Origin: an uncultured Aureispira sp. | GTDB taxonomy: Bacteria; Bacteroidota; Bacteroidia; Chitinophagales; Saprospiraceae | Length of the DNA: 64,000 nucleotides | NCBI GenBank assembly: GCA_964526715.1 | Contig: CAZGMB010000024.1 | Coordinates: 6,324 to 70,323 of the forward strand | Reading direction: 5' to 3' | Shown here: positions 61,007 to 64,000 of the stretch, in pieces | Layout: every line of letters starts with the position of its first letter | Position numbering within the stretch: position 1 is the first letter of the stretch | Position numbers and translations under genes: made by a program | The notes under the pieces: model-generated | What the model was told of the DNA's origin: nothing | Database searches by the model: none | What the model saw: the letters and a program-made list of their open reading frames with translations, nothing else

Positions 61007-61248
61007 TTATCTTATTAAATTTTGTTGCAAATATATAATTTACATTCAAAAATATCTATAAAAGTGATTTTTATGTCAGATTTTTAAATCTGTGATCAGG
61101 CCTGATTGCTGAAATGTAATGAAGCATCGGATTTGTGATCTAGATATCAGTAATCTGTGGATATATCAACCTATTTAACGAACCACTTTTTGGACTCTAG
61201 ACGCTTTAAAAAAACTGTCATTGATTACCAACGCTGATGATTCCTACC

Positions 61249-64000
61249 CTACTTCACCACTACCCGCACGCCTTGACTATGACTGGCAAACTCCGGTGCA
61301 TACATACACTCTATGTTAGTGATACCCGCTGAAAAATCTCCTTTATGTACTACCCTGACAGGATACTCAAATACAAAGGTACCTTTGGGCAAGTAGCCAA
61401 AATAAAAATGAGTGGCCATGTCTTTGGTGACTTCATAATATCCCAACGATCCTTGATATTTGTATTCTGAGATCACATTTACAGGTTCAAATCCACTGAC
61501 TCGCATATCTTTCATGTGGACATATTCCATTTCCCGATCTACTCGGAGTTCAATTCGAACTACTACCCTATCTCCAGGTTTTAGAGCTACTTTGTCTGTG
61601 ATTTCTGTCAGGGAGACACCTTTATCTCCAGCTACAGATTTGTAAAGCTTTTTGGTCAGTTTCAAAGGTGTATCAGCAAAGGTTTTAATTTGATCCAATT
61701 GTTCGAAATATTGATAATAAGCAGCGCCCCATGCCACAGACTTATTATTATTGGTGACTTTTAATGTGCTCATCTCTTTTTTGATAGCATCTGATGACCA
61801 CGCTTTTTTGATGTAACCTGTACCAGATTCTGTGGTTTGTGCTGAAGTATTGATCAGTTCATTACCTACTAGAATCACCGGTTGCGAACTCTCCGTAATC
61901 CAATCACTGACTTTACTTTTTTCTCCTTGGATAAGCAAAGCATAGATAGCAGCCGCTGTAGATTTGGATGTTTTCCAGTGGTTGGTTTGTTTATTTTTGA
62001 GTAACCAGATTTTCATTCTTTCGGTTTCGTCTTTATTACCACCTGCTTCTGAAAACAATTCTACCAATAAGGCATGTCTTTCTATCGGTAATTGATACCA
62101 ATAAAATCCATTACCTTCATTCCAATAAATGCCCATTTCATCGCTCTTGGTAGATTTTTCTCTAAGAGACTTTATTATATTTTGGTATGTGGCGTCTTCA
62201 CTTCTATGCATAATCAAACCGATCATCGCTTGTGTATAAAGAGATCTTTTTGTCCAATACTTTTTTGATTGTCCAAAGTAATAGCCTCGCGCTTCTTTTG
62301 ATGCTGCACTGGCATTGACATGACTAAAGAAAGTCTTGATATATAAGTAATGTACAGATAAGTCATCTAGGTGATCATCATTGATACTGCCACCATACTT
62401 TTTGATACTTTCCTGCAGCCTTTCATATCTGAACACCAATTCATCATCCATATATTTCAAAGCCTTAGTGATGATGTCAGATAATTCTGGATCGTTAATT
62501 TGCAAAGCGCCCAATCTGTAAAGATGCCCTATGTTTTCCATGATTTGTTGGGTAGTATATACATTATCCCTGCCATCAGATAACCAAGGAAAACCACCGT
62601 TGGAAAGTTGCCTTTCTTTAAGTTTTTGAATAGCTACATTTCTTTCATTGGCCAATGTATTTAAGTCAAACAACAAAGCAATGTTTTTTTTCTGCTCTGT
62701 CTCAGACAAAGCTTGCCTAACCCATGGTGTTTCTGCTAAAATGGCTGACTTAAGCTCTTCATTTTTGGACAAATTGCTCACTAAAGCATCTTTGTCTTTG
62801 ATCTTCCATTGATCAAAAACAGCCTTCATTTTAGGATGGGCATTTGCAATTGTTGAAGCCAGAAGATTGGCATATAACCGATCTATTAATGCTTGGGTAC
62901 TTACATTGGCAGATTCTTGCATATAAGGCAACGCCTGAACTGCATACCATACCGGACTTGCAGTGTACTCCAAGGTATACTTATAGTCAGACTTTGTTTT
63001 AGAGAGATTGTTTTTAAACGCATTAAAGGTAAAACTTCGAGTACTGTTGCCAGGAATCCAGAAAGGCATGGTCTCTGTAACCAACATCTTATTAGTCACT
63101 ACAGGAATGGTATTTTCTTCGGCATCTGTATGCTGATCGGTGGCAGCGCTAACTCTGTAAGTAATAGCTTGGTACTTGGTTTCAGGCACTTTCATTTCCC
63201 AAAACAAACCCTGAGAGTTACCTTTAGCAATATTAAAATCAATTGATGTTGCGGATTTTATGAATTCATTGGTGATTTCCTTCATCGTAATCGCATCCCA
63301 AATTTGTAATTGCGCTCTTCCGTTAACTGGCTTTTCACTAAGATTAGACACTTTGGCACTAAATGAAATGACGTCACCATCTCTTACAAATCTTGGCGCA
63401 TTGGGAAATACCATCAAATCTTTTTGAGTGACTACCGTTCTCTCGTCATATCCAATTTTTAGATCTGTAGTGTGCGCAAGTGTCATTAACTTCCATTTGG
63501 TCAATGCTTCATTGATGGTGAAATTTATGATGACATTCCCATCAGCATCTGATTTCATATCTGGAAAAAAGAAGACCGTTTCCTTTAGATTTTTCCTCAC
63601 CTGAATTTCTTCAACTACTTTGACTTTGGTCGTAGTATTCGATGGCTGATCCAAAGCACGCCCACCCACATTAGATGGTTCGTCAGGCACTGCTGCTGGT
63701 GCAGGCACAGACTCATTCATAACTTCACTATCGGCACTGCTCCTCATGGATTTCATCATGACTACATCACCACGACGGGTCGAACCATAATATCCATAAT
63801 CTTGTATTAATGGAATCAAGGATGGAAATATCCAAGGCTGGTATTCAATATAACCTTTGTTTCCATATGAATAATGCAAACCATTGACCAATCTAAATCC
63901 TGCTGCATCTACATTGACCCACCCATATGACGTAGGGTAAAAATCTTTTCTCCAATAATGAGGTGCAAACTGATCTAAAGACGCATCGTACATAGCTGCC
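61249..64000 (-). CDS. Alpha-2-macroglobulin-family protein, C-terminal ~916 aa (the N-terminus lies beyond the right window edge). No thioester motif.
   Basis: A bait/A2M_N-like segment ETVFFFPDMKSDADGNVIINFTINEALTKWKLMTLAHT, a helical TED-like region and a receptor-binding-like C-terminus. The frame stays open upstream of the Met at 63993 to the window edge. The canonical YPYGCxEQ position reads LPYMQESA, and the visible sequence has only one Cys. Confidence 0.8.
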   Translation of the reverse strand, partial: AAMYDASLDQFAPHYWRKDFYPTSYGWVNVDAAGFRLVNGLHYSYGNKGYIEYQPWIFPSLIPLIQDYGYYGSTRRGDVVMMKSMRSSADSEVMNESVPAPAAVPDEPSNVGGRALDQPSNTTTKVKVVEEIQVRKNLKETVFFFPDMKSDADGNVIINFTINEALTKWKLMTLAHTTDLKIGYDERTVVTQKDLMVFPNAPRFVRDGDVISFSAKVSNLSEKPVNGRAQLQIWDAITMKEITNEFIKSATSIDFNIAKGNSQGLFWEMKVPETKYQAITYRVSAATDQHTDAEENTIPVVTNKMLVTETMPFWIPGNSTRSFTFNAFKNNLSKTKSDYKYTLEYTASPVWYAVQALPYMQESANVSTQALIDRLYANLLASTIANAHPKMKAVFDQWKIKDKDALVSNLSKNEELKSAILAETPWVRQALSETEQKKNIALLFDLNTLANERNVAIQKLKERQLSNGGFPWLSDGRDNVYTTQQIMENIGHLYRLGALQINDPELSDIITKALKYMDDELVFRYERLQESIKKYGGSINDDHLDDLSVHYLYIKTFFSHVNASAASKEARGYYFGQSKKYWTKRSLYTQAMIGLIMHRSEDATYQNIIKSLREKSTKSDEMGIYWNEGNGFYWYQLPIERHALLVELFSEAGGNKDETERMKIWLLKNKQTNHWKTSKSTAAAIYALLIQGEKSKVSDWITESSQPVILVGNELINTSAQTTESGTGYIKKAWSSDAIKKEMSTLKVTNNNKSVAWGAAYYQYFEQLDQIKTFADTPLKLTKKLYKSVAGDKGVSLTEITDKVALKPGDRVVVRIELRVDREMEYVHMKDMRVSGFEPVNVISEYKYQGSLGYYEVTKDMATHFYFGYLPKGTFVFEYPVRVVHKGDFSAGITNIECMYAPEFASHSQGVRVVVK

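Noticed and set aside
61095-61106. 12-nt palindrome ATCAGGCCTGAT downstream of the A2M gene, as a possible terminator
   Set aside because: The palindrome has no loop, which leaves at most a 4-bp stem, and there is no U-tract. It is not a credible intrinsic terminator.

Overview
64-kb chromosomal window from a low-GC Bacteroidota-type genome. The phylum call rests on a PorP/SprF gene, a T9SS C-terminal sorting domain, CarboxypepD_reg-type TonB receptors and TAnnTTTG-like -7 boxes. I found no rRNA, tRNA, CRISPR array, transposase or integrase.

Two giant minus-strand genes for cysteine-rich repeat surface proteins dominate the window:
- An edge-truncated ORF of more than 3,000 aa at 1-9011. The supplied ORF track misses it because its stop lies off-window.
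- A complete 5,073-aa T9SS cargo protein at 19744-34965. It carries about 14 N-terminal ~97-aa repeats, about 20 HYR-like domains, a CarboxypepD_reg/dockerin-like/cohesin-like tail and a T9SS CTD.

The observation I rate most unusual is a eukaryote-type FBA (F-box-associated, Fbs1/FBXO2-like glycan-binding) domain nested inside one N-terminal repeat of the 5,073-aa protein. A second unidentified ~135-aa module is nested in a later domain.

The rest is mostly housekeeping: RRM RNA-binding protein, ABC exporter, PUR-like protein, MqnB-like nucleosidase, lipB, thioesterase, tsaD, rsmD, ung, DEAD-box helicase and an ABC-F ATPase. There are two accessory loci:
- A TPP riboswitch directly upstream of a TonB-dependent receptor.
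- A plus-strand operon-like cluster: TonB receptor, TcuA-like FAD dehydrogenase, PrpF-family isomerase, EamA transporter and ACS-type MFS transporter. Next to it sits an unusual membrane-anchored orphan DctP-like binding protein and a thioester-less alpha-2-macroglobulin.

Two intergenic tandem-repeat arrays are unexplained by any annotation:
- A helically phased 10/11-nt array upstream of the giant adhesin gene.
- A ~540-bp 9-nt array with a 357-nt stretch lacking cytosine, between two divergent ABC ATPase genes.

All family assignments come from motif recognition by eye. No database search was run.
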